Source of the DNA: Candidatus Parcubacteria bacterium
GTDB lineage: Bacteria > Patescibacteriota > Minisyncoccia > UBA6257 > 2-01-FULL-56-20
Reading direction: 5' to 3'
Assembly (NCBI GenBank): GCA_027355945.1
Contig: DAIEHA010000004.1
Coordinates: 4,449-68,448 of the forward strand
DNA length: 64,000 bases
Shown: positions 52,889 through 62,573 of the stretch, piece by piece
Layout: each line of letters opens with the position of its first letter
Position numbering within the stretch: the first letter of the stretch is position 1
Position numbers and translations under genes: made by a program
Notes under the pieces: generated by a model
The model's database searches: none
Told to the model about the DNA's origin: nothing
What the model saw: the letters and a program-made list of their open reading frames with translations, nothing else

Positions 52889-53971
52889 ATGGCAGGAAAT
52901 CCCAGCTTCTTTTCAAAAAGCTTCGAACATCTCTCGCTCCAGGACAGGATCAATTTTGCGCGCCATCTCTCGCTCATCATCAAAGCGGGCCTTCCGCTGT
53001 ATGAGGGACTCAAGATCGTCCAGAAGCAGACGGAATCCCCGGTCCTTAAAAAGGTGGTGGACAGCCTCATCATCGATGTGAACAACGGAAAGTTCCTTGC
53101 GGATGGACTCGCTAAATACGAATATCTCTTCAGCGGCTTTTTTGTGAACATCGTCCGCGTAGGGGAGGCGAGCGGGACCCTTTCAAAGAACCTCCTTTAT
53201 CTTGCCGATGAGCTCAAGCGTTCCAAAGAGCTCGAGAGCAAGGTGAGGTCCGCCATGATCTATCCGCTCGTCATCCTTGTGGCGACGATCGCCATGGCGG
53301 GTTTCCTCGTTTTTTACGTGTTCCCCAAGCTCATCCCGGTGTTCACCGGCATGAATCTCCAGCTTCCCATCACGACCCGGATCATGCTCTCGGTGCTCTC
53401 GCTCCTGCAGCATTACGGCCTTTATATCTTCGGGGTCCTCGCTGTCGCGATCGCGGGCGCGTGGGTCGCGCTCAAGAACAGCAAGGCGGTCAAATACCTT
53501 GCGGACAAGAGCCTCCTTTATATGCCCGTCGTCTCCGATCTCGTGGTGGGCGTGAACATGGTGAACTTCACCCGCGTGCTTGCGCTTCTCATGAAGAGCG
53601 GCATCAAGATCGTGGAGGCGATCACCATCACCTCGTTCACGTTCAATAATGAGATCTATCGCCAGGCGCTCACCGAAGCGGAGGACGAGATACGGAAAGG
53701 GGGACAGCTCGGCGCCTTCCTTGAATCGCGCCGACACCTTTTCCCTCCGCTCGTATCGGGGATGGTCCTCATCGGGGAGAATACCGGCGATCTCACCGGC
53801 AACCTCGAGTATCTTGCGGAGTATTACGACCAGGAGGTGGACCTCAAGCTCCACGGGCTCACTGCGCTCATCGAACCGTTCATGCTGCTCCTCATGGGTG
53901 CAATGGTGGGCTTCATCGCGCTTTCCATCATCACCCCCATCTATTCCATATCCCAAGGGCTTGCATCGTGA
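52889..53971 (+). CDS. pilC: Type IV pilus / T2SS platform protein PilC/GspF family
   Basis: Two GspF-type repeats with three TM helices; 360 aa. Confidence 0.85.
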   Translation: MAGNPSFFSKSFEHLSLQDRINFARHLSLIIKAGLPLYEGLKIVQKQTESPVLKKVVDSLIIDVNNGKFLADGLAKYEYLFSGFFVNIVRVGEASGTLSKNLLYLADELKRSKELESKVRSAMIYPLVILVATIAMAGFLVFYVFPKLIPVFTGMNLQLPITTRIMLSVLSLLQHYGLYIFGVLAVAIAGAWVALKNSKAVKYLADKSLLYMPVVSDLVVGVNMVNFTRVLALLMKSGIKIVEAITITSFTFNNEIYRQALTEAEDEIRKGGQLGAFLESRRHLFPPLVSGMVLIGENTGDLTGNLEYLAEYYDQEVDLKLHGLTALIEPFMLLLMGAMVGFIALSIITPIYSISQGLAS

Positions 53972-53977
53972 CCGTCC

Positions 53978-55726
53978 ATGACGAACGATCCGCGAAGGGG
54001 CATCACCCTCATCGACCTCATCATCAGCATCTCCATCATCGCGCTTCTTTTCGGAGGCATCTATGTGGTCTATATATCCATTGAAAGCTCCATATCCGGC
54101 GCCGCGGTGCGGACGGCCGCAGTCGCGGCGATCGATAACGAGCTTGAGATCGTGAGGAATCTTCCCTATGAGGACGTGGGAACGATCGGGGGTATCCCCG
54201 CGGGGGTCATCCCGCAGGCACAGACGGTTTCCCAAGGGAACTATCTTTTCTCCCTTCAGACGACCGTGCTGAACATCGATGATCCGTATGATACCTCGCC
54301 TTCGAGCTCGCCCGTCGCGGATTATAAGCTCGTGGATATCACGGCGGCCTGCCTCCAGTGCGGGAATGCCGCAGCGGTTGAGATCACGACGACCGTTGCT
54401 CCCACCCGCCTCGCGCAGGGAACGCCCTACGGGTCCATCTTCATCAACGCGATGAACGCAAGCGGCCTTCCTGTTGCGGACGCCACGGTTCAGGTGGTGA
54501 ACGCGTCCGTGACGCCGAGCGTCGATCTCACCGACACCACGAACGCAAGCGGCGTCCTCAAGCTCATCGGTGTCCCGACGAGCACCCAGGGCTACGGGAT
54601 CTTCATTTCCAAGCCGGGATATACCGTTGCGCAGACCTATCCTCCCGGAGGCGCGGGCAATCCGAATCCCGTTCAGCCCGACATCACCGTGGCGACCGCG
54701 ACCGTGAGCCAGGTGACCCTTGCCATCGATCGCGTGAGCGCGCTGGATGTTGCCACGGAGGATGACCGCTGCAATGCCGTAGCGAGCCAGCCGTTCTCCG
54801 CCATGGGACAGAGGATCATCGGTACGAATCCCAATGTGCTTGCGTTCTCCACGACCACTCAGACGTCCTCCTCGGGGACCGCGGTGCTTGCGGATCTCGC
54901 GTGGGATACGTATACGCTCGCATTCGGCGGGACGGGGTTCGATCTTGCGGGGACCATTCCGCTCGATCCCGTGATACTCCCGCCGAACACCGCTCAACCT
55001 TTTGCATTCATCCTTGCGCCCGCGGCAGACCCCTCGCTCCTCGTTACGGTGAAGGACGCGATGACGGGCGCCGGGATCCCGCAGGCTCAGGTGGGACTTG
55101 TGAACGGCGGGACCTCCTTCACCCTTACGACCGATCACGCGTTCATCTCGCAGAGCGACTGGTCCGGAGGCGCGTATGCCGCACAGAACGGCGGCATCGA
55201 TGCCTCTTCCCCCGGCGTCATCACGCTCCTTGCGAACGCCTCGTCGAGCTATCCGACGTCCACCCTCGATTGGCTTGAATCGAATACGTTCGATGTGGGA
55301 GGCGCGAGTTCGACCTTCAATGCGCTTTCCTGGGTCCCGATCTCCCAGCCCGCGGGAACGTTCGTGGAGTTCCAGGTCGCCGCCGACAATGACAATGCCA
55401 CATGGAACTTCGTGGGGCCCGACGGCACGTCCGCAACGTATTTCACCGCAAGCCCCGCGGTGCTGCCTGCATCGCTCGCGGGGAACCGTTATTTCCGCTA
55501 CAAAGTGTTCATGGAGACGGGGAGTCCGTCCCTCACGCCCTCGGTGAGCGGCGTGACGCTGGATTTCGCGGCGAATTGCGTTCCTCCCGCGCAGGCGCTT
55601 TTCACGAACCTTCCTCAAGCCACCTATTCGCTCAGTGTGGCCGCTTCCGGATATGCCCAGGCGACCGGTACTGTCGCCGTGGGAGCGGGGGAGCAGTCGA
55701 CCACGATACTTATGACGCCCAATTGA
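53978..55726 (+). CDS. Large (582 aa) prepilin-type N-terminal domain protein (pseudopilin) with carboxypeptidase-regulatory-like beta-sandwich domains and a C-terminal module shared with ORF 2815..3726
   Basis: MTNDPRRG|ITLIDLIISISIIALL class III signal; CarbopepD_reg-like segments (…ATVQVVNASVTPSVDLTDTTNASGVLKL…GYTV…); C-terminus …LSWVPISQPAGTFVEFQVA…WNFVGPDGTSATYF…NRYFRYKVF…. Confidence 0.75.
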   Translation: MTNDPRRGITLIDLIISISIIALLFGGIYVVYISIESSISGAAVRTAAVAAIDNELEIVRNLPYEDVGTIGGIPAGVIPQAQTVSQGNYLFSLQTTVLNIDDPYDTSPSSSPVADYKLVDITAACLQCGNAAAVEITTTVAPTRLAQGTPYGSIFINAMNASGLPVADATVQVVNASVTPSVDLTDTTNASGVLKLIGVPTSTQGYGIFISKPGYTVAQTYPPGGAGNPNPVQPDITVATATVSQVTLAIDRVSALDVATEDDRCNAVASQPFSAMGQRIIGTNPNVLAFSTTTQTSSSGTAVLADLAWDTYTLAFGGTGFDLAGTIPLDPVILPPNTAQPFAFILAPAADPSLLVTVKDAMTGAGIPQAQVGLVNGGTSFTLTTDHAFISQSDWSGGAYAAQNGGIDASSPGVITLLANASSSYPTSTLDWLESNTFDVGGASSTFNALSWVPISQPAGTFVEFQVAADNDNATWNFVGPDGTSATYFTASPAVLPASLAGNRYFRYKVFMETGSPSLTPSVSGVTLDFAANCVPPAQALFTNLPQATYSLSVAASGYAQATGTVAVGAGEQSTTILMTPN

Positions 55727-55740
55727 TATCATCCTACGCC

Positions 55741-56376
55741 ATGCGCATCCCTCATCCACGATCCCATCATGAGAGGTCCCGAGCCGGTTTTTCGCTCGCC
55801 GAGGTCCTTGTCGTCGTTGCGATCGCCGTCGTCGTGGTGTTCGCGGTGAGCAATTTCGGCTCGAGCCTCGATTCCCTCGGATTCCTCGTGACCACGCAGC
55901 TGCAGTCCGCATCCGACGTGAACCAGTCGCTCCAGATCATGGCGGGAGAGATGAAATCCGCGGAATCATCCGCGAACGGGGCGTTCCCCGTCGAATCGGC
56001 GGGTACGAGCTCATTCGTGTTCTACAGCGATGCCTATCGGAGCGGCGTCCCCGACAGGGTGCGGTATTTCTATTCCGGATCGACCATCTACCGGGGCGTG
56101 ACCGCGCCCACGGGCACACCCGCGATCTATCCTTCATCCTCGGAGATCGTCACCGATTTCATCGATCATATCTTTCTCATCCCCTCATCATCGCTCTTCT
56201 CCTATTACGCGAGCGGATATATCGGGACCCAGCCGCCGCTTGCGACACCTGCCGTCCCGACGCAGGTCGCGCTTGTAAGGATCTCCTTCGAGGTGGTCGC
56301 GAATGCCAGTTCCGGCGCGGCGCCGCCCCAGCCGTTCTCGCTGCTTGTGGGATTGAGAAACCTTGAACAGAACTGA
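55741..56376 (+). CDS. Prepilin-type N-terminal domain protein (minor pilin/pseudopilin)
   Basis: ORF track 55402 trimmed to ATG 55741 (MRIPHPRSHHERSRAG|FSLAEVLVVVAIAVVVVFAV). Confidence 0.7.
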   Translation: MRIPHPRSHHERSRAGFSLAEVLVVVAIAVVVVFAVSNFGSSLDSLGFLVTTQLQSASDVNQSLQIMAGEMKSAESSANGAFPVESAGTSSFVFYSDAYRSGVPDRVRYFYSGSTIYRGVTAPTGTPAIYPSSSEIVTDFIDHIFLIPSSSLFSYYASGYIGTQPPLATPAVPTQVALVRISFEVVANASSGAAPPQPFSLLVGLRNLEQN

Positions 56377-56381
56377 ACGGC

Positions 56382-57839
56382 ATGCGCATATCAGAAACGA
56401 TCTTGCATGGAGAAGGACCCGCATCCCCGGTGCGCGGCCAGCTTGCGGTAGAACTCCTCTTCCTTGCCGCGCTTGCCGTCACGCTGATCGGGGGATTTGC
56501 GTCGCTCGCGGCGGCGTTCCTCACCGCGTCGGTGCATTCGCGCGACGATGCGCAGGCCCTCGCCATCGCGGAAGCGGGCATCGCGTACTATCAATGGCAT
56601 CTCGCCTATTCTCCCACGGATTTCACCGACGGCACCGGGAAGCCGGGCCCGTATGTCCATGCGTACTACAACAAGAACGGTACGGCCATCGGTACGTTCA
56701 CGCTGTCGATCGCGCCGCCTCCGTCCGGGTCCACCATCGTCACCATTACGAGTTCCGGGACGGTGAACGCCGACCCTGCGATCGCGAAAGCGGTCACCGT
56801 GCGCATGGGGATCCCTTCCTTCGCGCAGTATGCATGGGTTCTCAATAGCCCCGTCTATTTCGGATCGACGGCACAGGTGTACGGCGTCATCTATTCGAAC
56901 AGCGGCATCCATTTCGACGGTGTGGCGCACAACGCCGTCGAAAGCGCCGTTACCACGTTTTCGGATCCCACGAACGGAGGACAGACCGAGTGGGGCGTCT
57001 ATACCGATGGCCCTCCCGCGGACCCGGCGCCGCCTACGCCGCTTCCCACGGGCACCTCCCCGATCTTCCTTGCGGGCCGTGCGATCGGGGTTCCCGCGGT
57101 CGATTTCACGGGGATCACCCAGGACCTCGCTGCCATAGAAAGTTCCGCGCAGAGCAGCGGTTATTACGCCTCCAGTTCCGGCGCATACGGATATGACCTT
57201 GCCCTTTCATCCACCACGTTCACGGTCTACAAGGTGACGAAACTTGTCGCGCCTCCGCGCTATTGTTCGAATGCGTACAGCCAGCCGGGATGGGGGACGT
57301 GGAGCATCCAATCGGAGACGTTGTATGCGACGGGGACCATTCCCCAGAACGGCGATATGTTCTTTTCTGACAATCTGTGGGTGCGCGGCATGGTGGACGG
57401 CGTGCGGGTGACGATCGGGTCCGGCGTATTTCCCGCGAACCCCTCGACCTATACGAACATCACCGTGAACAGCAGCACCTATTATACGAATTACAACGGT
57501 TCGGACACGATCGCGCTCATCGCGCAGAACAACCTCAATATCGGCCTTGTGAGCGATAACAATCTTACGATCGATGCCGCGCTCATCGCCCAGAACGGAA
57601 ACATCAACCGGTATTATTACGGTTCCTCGTGCGGAAGCACGTATCTCAGGAACCAGCTCACGACATTCGGCATGATGGGAAGCTATCTTCAATCCGGGGT
57701 CGCCTATGGGAATCCGGTAACGAGCGGATACCAGAACCGCACCTACGACTACGACGCGAACCTCCTTTACAGTCCTCCGCCGAGCTTCCCCCTCACGACC
57801 AGCGGATATGTGCTTCTTTCGTGGCAGCAAGTGCAATGA
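56382..57839 (+). CDS. PilX-like pilus assembly/minor pilin protein with a prepilin-type N-terminus
   Basis: …VRG|QLAVELLFLAALAVTL, then the AQALAIAEAGIAYYQWHL (PilX N-terminal-like) motif; 485 aa. Confidence 0.6.
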   Translation: MRISETILHGEGPASPVRGQLAVELLFLAALAVTLIGGFASLAAAFLTASVHSRDDAQALAIAEAGIAYYQWHLAYSPTDFTDGTGKPGPYVHAYYNKNGTAIGTFTLSIAPPPSGSTIVTITSSGTVNADPAIAKAVTVRMGIPSFAQYAWVLNSPVYFGSTAQVYGVIYSNSGIHFDGVAHNAVESAVTTFSDPTNGGQTEWGVYTDGPPADPAPPTPLPTGTSPIFLAGRAIGVPAVDFTGITQDLAAIESSAQSSGYYASSSGAYGYDLALSSTTFTVYKVTKLVAPPRYCSNAYSQPGWGTWSIQSETLYATGTIPQNGDMFFSDNLWVRGMVDGVRVTIGSGVFPANPSTYTNITVNSSTYYTNYNGSDTIALIAQNNLNIGLVSDNNLTIDAALIAQNGNINRYYYGSSCGSTYLRNQLTTFGMMGSYLQSGVAYGNPVTSGYQNRTYDYDANLLYSPPPSFPLTTSGYVLLSWQQVQ

Positions 57840-57866
57840 TGCTGCCGGCAGTGGTATGATGGAACC

Positions 57867-58319
57867 ATGGATTCCCGAAGGGGGCTCTCCCTTATAGAGA
57901 TCATCATTGCGATCACCATCATCACGATCGTCTCTGTTGGCATGTATGTCGTCTCGAATCCCGGGGGGCAGCTTGCGGCTGCGCGGAACGAACGGCGGAG
58001 CGCCGATCTGCAGACGCTGCTCATCGCCATCCGCGAAAACGTCGCCGATCAGGCCAATGGCCAGTTCGGATGCGCCGCAGGACCCCTTCCCTCGGGGCCG
58101 ACCGATATGGGGAGCGCGTCGGGGAGCTATGATATCGCGCCTTGCCTCATCCCTTCCTATCTGCCCGTGCTTCCGGTGGATCCGAATGCCACGAGCGCGC
58201 ATTACGTCTCGGTCTCCGATTACGATACGGGCTACGCTATCATGATGAACGCATCGGGAACGATCACGCTTTCGGCGCCGTATGCGGAACTCGGCAAGAC
58301 GGTCACGATAAGCCGCTGA
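57867..58319 (+). CDS. Type IV pilin (short, 150 aa; candidate major pilin)
   Basis: MDSRRG|LSLIEIIIAITIITIV class III signal peptide with E+5; small globular C-terminal domain with 2 Cys. Confidence 0.75.
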   Translation: MDSRRGLSLIEIIIAITIITIVSVGMYVVSNPGGQLAAARNERRSADLQTLLIAIRENVADQANGQFGCAAGPLPSGPTDMGSASGSYDIAPCLIPSYLPVLPVDPNATSAHYVSVSDYDTGYAIMMNASGTITLSAPYAELGKTVTISR

Positions 58320-58337
58320 CGAAGCCGTTGACGGCGA

Positions 58338-59411
58338 TCACTGCTGCGGAGGAAGATATACCGGGCCGTACGCCGCGAGCGTGGAGGAGTCGTGCGAGGC
58401 GACGAGCAGGTAATAGTAAGGATCGTTCAGCGTTCCATCGACAAGGCTCAGGGAATACGATCCCGTCGTGCCCGGATTGTTCTGGGTGAGCAGTTGGTTC
58501 CACGGTCCCGAGGAGGAGGGTGACCGCGAGATCACGATGAGGTTCGTACTTGTCGGGAGATCGCGCCATTCCATCTGGATGCTTTGATTCACGTGCTGCA
58601 CCGAAAAATTGACGCTCGTCGTTCCGTATGCGGTGATCTGCGCCTGGGGATTATAATAGGGGATCCCGTAAGGATACGATGTGCCGCCGGACGGAACGGT
58701 CCCCGAGGATGCCCCGCTTACCGAGGTGGTGGCGGAAGACGTCGTCGTGGAGGCTGTGATCGAGGACGTCGTGGTGGTGGACGAGGTGCTTGTTGCCGTA
58801 GCGGTACCGCTCGCCGGACCTCCTTGGGTTTGCGTTCCGTGTATCGGCGCAGTGGATGTCGCGAGAGAAGGTTCGGTGATTCCCGAGGTCCACATCACCG
58901 TTTGACCTCCCGCGGTGCCGGACGTGCTCGCCCCGGTCCCGGTCGCATTGCCGTTGCCGGTCCCTACTGCCTGCACATAGAACGAGTATCCTCCGAGTGC
59001 GATATTGCCGAGGGCGATCGAGGACGTCCCTTCCGCACGCATGCCTGGTGCGATGGATATCGTCTTCCAAAGGGACCAGTGTTCCGAGGGAGTCCCCGTT
59101 TTACCGCGGAACACATTGAGCGCGTCGGTTCCTTGGGGCAGATCATTCCAATGCACGACGAGCGTGCGGGATCTTCCCGATCCTTTGATGACGAGCGTGA
59201 CGCGGGTCGGTGCGGGAGCCGCAGGGACGGTTGAGGTTGCCGCAGGGGACAGCTGCGACCCTCCGGCAGGAGCACCTCCCGCCCCCGGGAAGAAGGCTTT
59301 ATAGATCATTCCTGCTGCAGCGAGGATCACGAACACGGCGAGCGCCCCCGTGATCATAGAGTTCCGTGAAAGGGGCGGACGTCCTTTGTCCTGATTTTTA
59401 AGGATTTTCAT
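58338..59411 (-). CDS. Membrane-anchored S/T-rich secreted protein, hypothetical
   Basis: ORF track trimmed to ATG 59411 (MKILKNQDKGRPPLSRNSMITGALAVFVILAAAGMI); long T/S tract; convergent with the pilin gene. Confidence 0.6.
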   Translation of the reverse strand: MKILKNQDKGRPPLSRNSMITGALAVFVILAAAGMIYKAFFPGAGGAPAGGSQLSPAATSTVPAAPAPTRVTLVIKGSGRSRTLVVHWNDLPQGTDALNVFRGKTGTPSEHWSLWKTISIAPGMRAEGTSSIALGNIALGGYSFYVQAVGTGNGNATGTGASTSGTAGGQTVMWTSGITEPSLATSTAPIHGTQTQGGPASGTATATSTSSTTTTSSITASTTTSSATTSVSGASSGTVPSGGTSYPYGIPYYNPQAQITAYGTTSVNFSVQHVNQSIQMEWRDLPTSTNLIVISRSPSSSGPWNQLLTQNNPGTTGSYSLSLVDGTLNDPYYYLLVASHDSSTLAAYGPVYLPPQQ

Positions 59412-59488
59412 GACCGCGATATGTATCAATTATATGCCCCCTTCAAGGGGTAATCCACAGGTTTGCACACAAATCGTCCTTCCGGGGG

Positions 59489-59494
59489 TATAAT
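59489..59494 (+). promoter_or_regulatory. -10 box (GGGGGTATAAT) 6 nt upstream of the PGI/PMI start; suggests a leaderless transcript
   Basis: tataat at 59489-59494; ATG at 59501. Confidence 0.3.
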
Positions 59495-59500
59495 CAATGA

Positions 59501-60472
59501 ATGCTCCCCAACGACATAAAAACCTATAATAAGCAGTTCGAGTACGAACCGGTGGTCGAGAATGCCCAGAAACTCAAGAAATATGGGAGTTTTTTGATCG
59601 TTGGGATGGGGGGATCCCACCTTGCCGCAGACCTCATACGGGTATGGCATCCGGAGATAGATCTCCATATCTGGTCGGATTACGGGCTTCCGAAGCTCGC
59701 CGATAAGGACTTCAAGGATCGTCTCGTGATCCTGTCCTCGTATTCCGGGAATACGGAAGAAGTGATCGATGCGTTTACTGCGGCGAAGGCGAAAAAGCTT
59801 CCCATAGCGGTCGTTGCCGCACGCGGAAAACTCCTCACACTCGCGCAGAAGAACAAGATCCCCTTTGTCGCCATCCCTGATATGAAGATCCAGCCGCGCA
59901 TGGAGACGCCGAGGATCCTCAGGGGGACACTTGCCCTCATGGGCGAGAAGCTTCTTCTCGCGGAAACGAAACTTCTCGTATCCTCGCTCCATCCGCTCCG
60001 GGAGGAATATCGCGGCAAGGAGCTCGCACGAAAGCTCTACGGGAGCACGCCGGTCATCTATACCTCGAATCAGAACGGCGCGGTTGCGTACAATTGGAAG
60101 ATAAAATTCAATGAGACCGGGAAGATCCCGGCATTCTTCAACGTGGTTCCCGAGCTCAACCACAACGAAATGACGGGGTTCGACGCCAAGGCGAAGACGA
60201 CCGGCATATCGAGGAACTTCCATTTTGTATTCCTCAAAGATGGCGACGACGACCGGCGCATCATGAAGCGCATGAACGTCCTCGAAAAGCTGTACCGTGA
60301 TCGCGGGTTCAAGACCGAGGTGGTCCTTCTCCAAGGAAAGACCCGCATCGCCAAGATCTTCAACGCGCTGAACCTCGCGGACTGGGCCGCATATCATACT
60401 GCGAAAATGTATGGCGTGGACCCCGAGCAGGTTCCTATGGTGGAGGAGTTCAAGAAGCTCATCGCGCGCTGA
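59501..60472 (+). CDS. Bifunctional phosphoglucose/phosphomannose isomerase (archaeal-type SIS-domain PGI/PMI)
   Basis: 323 aa, two SIS-like halves; LIVGMGGSHLAADL…, SYSGNTEE; the size and motifs fit the PGI/PMI family rather than the canonical 550-aa Pgi. Confidence 0.75.
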   Translation: MLPNDIKTYNKQFEYEPVVENAQKLKKYGSFLIVGMGGSHLAADLIRVWHPEIDLHIWSDYGLPKLADKDFKDRLVILSSYSGNTEEVIDAFTAAKAKKLPIAVVAARGKLLTLAQKNKIPFVAIPDMKIQPRMETPRILRGTLALMGEKLLLAETKLLVSSLHPLREEYRGKELARKLYGSTPVIYTSNQNGAVAYNWKIKFNETGKIPAFFNVVPELNHNEMTGFDAKAKTTGISRNFHFVFLKDGDDDRRIMKRMNVLEKLYRDRGFKTEVVLLQGKTRIAKIFNALNLADWAAYHTAKMYGVDPEQVPMVEEFKKLIAR

Positions 60473-60515
60473 GCCTCTTCTGGGATCCTTTATCGCGGAA
60501 TGCCATACTGACGCC

Positions 60516-60860
60516 ATGCCCATGATCAAACGGCCGGTCCTGCTCGAATGGACCGTCCATGCCCAAGCGAAGATGCGCCATTATCGGCTTTCACCGGCGC
60601 GGGTGCGAAGGGTGCTCCATTCGCCGCGGCGCACGGAAGAGGGTATTGCGCCGGATACGATCGCCGTCATGCAGCCTTCGTCGATGAAATCCCGCGACGT
60701 CTGGACGCAGGAGATATGGGTGATGGTGCAGGACGGACCGAAGGCCCGCCGGGTGATAAGCGCATGGCGGTATCCGGGGGTCACGAAGCCGCGCGCATCC
60801 GCCATCCTTGCCGCCCTCCGGCGCGAATATGACGAATATGCGGAAAATAGCGGATCATAA
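60516..60860 (+). CDS. Hypothetical protein (possibly DUF4258-like)
   Basis: ORF track 60411 trimmed to ATG 60516 (MPMIKRPVLLEWTVHAQAKMRHYRLSPARVRRVL…). Confidence 0.5.
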   Translation: MPMIKRPVLLEWTVHAQAKMRHYRLSPARVRRVLHSPRRTEEGIAPDTIAVMQPSSMKSRDVWTQEIWVMVQDGPKARRVISAWRYPGVTKPRASAILAALRREYDEYAENSGS

Positions 60861-60878
60861 TCAATCACACGCACGCCC

Positions 60879-61325
60879 ATGATCATCACAAGCCCTTCCT
60901 TCGCCGACGACGGAGCGATCCCTCGCAAGTTCACCTGCGAGGGCGGCGATATCAACCCCGAACTTCAGATCCAGAACGTACCCGACGGCGCGCGATGCCT
61001 TGCGCTCGTCGTTCATGATCCCGATGCTCCCATGGAAGGGGGATTCACCCATTGGATCGTCTGGGACATCGCTCCCGGCACTCTGCTCATCAAAGAGGAG
61101 AGCGTGCCGCCGGGATCGAAGGAGGGCGCGAACGGCGCGGGCCGCGTCGGATACATGGGTCCGTGTCCACCGCCTGGACCGGCCCATCGATATGAGTTCA
61201 GACTGTATGCCCTCGATGCCGTCCCCGATCTTTCCGAGGGGGCCTCGTACGGCGTATTCATGGATGCGATCCGCGGTTCGATCGTTGCCGAGGCGCTCCT
61301 CACCGGGCGCTATGGCAGAGAGTGA
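60879..61325 (+). CDS. YbhB/YbcL-family phosphatidylethanolamine-binding protein (PEBP / Raf-kinase-inhibitor-like)
   Basis: DPDAP…GFTHW motif; CPPPGPAHRYEFRLYALD. Confidence 0.8.
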   Translation: MIITSPSFADDGAIPRKFTCEGGDINPELQIQNVPDGARCLALVVHDPDAPMEGGFTHWIVWDIAPGTLLIKEESVPPGSKEGANGAGRVGYMGPCPPPGPAHRYEFRLYALDAVPDLSEGASYGVFMDAIRGSIVAEALLTGRYGRE

Positions 61326-62056
61326 CGCATGCGAAGATTTATGATAAAGATGAAATGATGGACCATAGCTTCGATCGCGATATCCCGTTCTTCGCCGTCT
61401 TCGCACGGACGAATGATGGCATGGCCGGGGATGAGGTTCCCCGTGCCGGGGATTCCGTCCCGTATGCCGCTGCCTCCGACCAGGAACTCGTGACATCCTT
61501 TCTCCAAGGGGACGACGCGAGTTTTGCGGCGCTCCTCGAGCGGCATCTTCCGATAGCTTATAAGTTCACCTATCGCTATCTCCAGAATGCCGACGATACC
61601 AACGACGTCGTGCAGGAGGTGTTCATCAAGGCATGGAAGCATATGAAAAAGTTCGATCAGGGGCGTAATTTTCGGACATGGCTCCTTACGATCGCCAAGA
61701 ACACCGCGCTCGATTTCATCAAGAAGAAGCGCCCCATCCTTTTTTCGAAGATCGAAGAGGGCGAGGGAGATCTCGATTCCTTCCTTGCACCATATCTTGC
61801 GGCGGGAGAGGGTGCGGACCTTCCCGATGAGGTGCTTGAAAGGAAGGAGATGCGGTCCCTGCTCGATGGGGCGCTCCAGGAGCTCTCACCTTCCTATCGC
61901 ACCGTGCTCACGCTCCGCTACGTCGAACATCTCAAGTTCAGGGAGATCGCGGAAATCCTCCAGGAGCCTATTGATACCGTGAAAAGCAAGCATCGGCGGG
62001 GGGTGATCCTTCTCCAGAAGGCCCTCGGCGGGGTCCGTGCCGACTTTTCATTCTAG
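61322..62056 (+). CDS. RNA polymerase sigma factor, ECF family, with ~50-aa N-terminal extension (start uncertain)
   Basis: Region 2 DVVQEVFIKAWKHMKKFD…FRTWLLTIAKNTALD; region 4 YRTVLTLRYVEHLKFREIAEIL…TVKSKHRRG. Confidence 0.8.
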   Translation: MTHAKIYDKDEMMDHSFDRDIPFFAVFARTNDGMAGDEVPRAGDSVPYAAASDQELVTSFLQGDDASFAALLERHLPIAYKFTYRYLQNADDTNDVVQEVFIKAWKHMKKFDQGRNFRTWLLTIAKNTALDFIKKKRPILFSKIEEGEGDLDSFLAPYLAAGEGADLPDEVLERKEMRSLLDGALQELSPSYRTVLTLRYVEHLKFREIAEILQEPIDTVKSKHRRGVILLQKALGGVRADFSF

Positions 62057-62140
62057 GGGCCTGCGCGGCGGAACGTCCGATGCGCTGCACCCAAGCGCGG
62101 ACGTATCTCGTATAGTAAAGCGAGATACGGCACCGCCACC

Positions 62141-62554
62141 ATGAAGAATTACGAGCGATTTTTATCTGAAACCCAGTCCCCGGAACCTCCGGCGAATCTT
62201 GCGAGGGCCATCCTTTTGCGCATCGAACGCCGCGAACAGCGCATCCTTGCCATGAAGCTCGCGCTCACCGTGGTCGTGTTCGGGGCGTCCCTTGCCGTCA
62301 TCTGGACCGGGTTCGGCGATTTCCGCACCGGCCTCAACGAGGACGGATTCCTCACGCTCGGCTCCCTCCTGTTCTCCGATTTTTCACTTATCATCTCCAA
62401 TCTTCCCGAATTCGCCCTTTCCATGATCGAAGCGTTCCCGGTCTTCTCGGCGGCGGCAATGCTCGGCGGCATCGGATTCGCAATCTGGTCCATCGCCGCC
62501 ATGTTCGATGAGTTTTCCGCGGTCGAACGGCATCGATCTCTCATCCCGCACTGA
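62141..62554 (+). CDS. Membrane protein downstream of the ECF sigma factor (candidate anti-sigma factor)
   Basis: Cytoplasmic N-terminus, then 3 TM helices; 137 aa. Confidence 0.5.
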   Translation: MKNYERFLSETQSPEPPANLARAILLRIERREQRILAMKLALTVVVFGASLAVIWTGFGDFRTGLNEDGFLTLGSLLFSDFSLIISNLPEFALSMIEAFPVFSAAAMLGGIGFAIWSIAAMFDEFSAVERHRSLIPH

Positions 62555-62573
62555 ACCTCATCCCTATCCTCCC

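Noticed and set aside
51481-55912. 556-aa and 909-aa minus-strand ORFs antisense to pilB/pilC/pseudopilin genes
   Set aside because: The plus-strand genes have unambiguous PilB, PilC and prepilin signatures; the antisense translations are R/G/D/H-rich with no domain features
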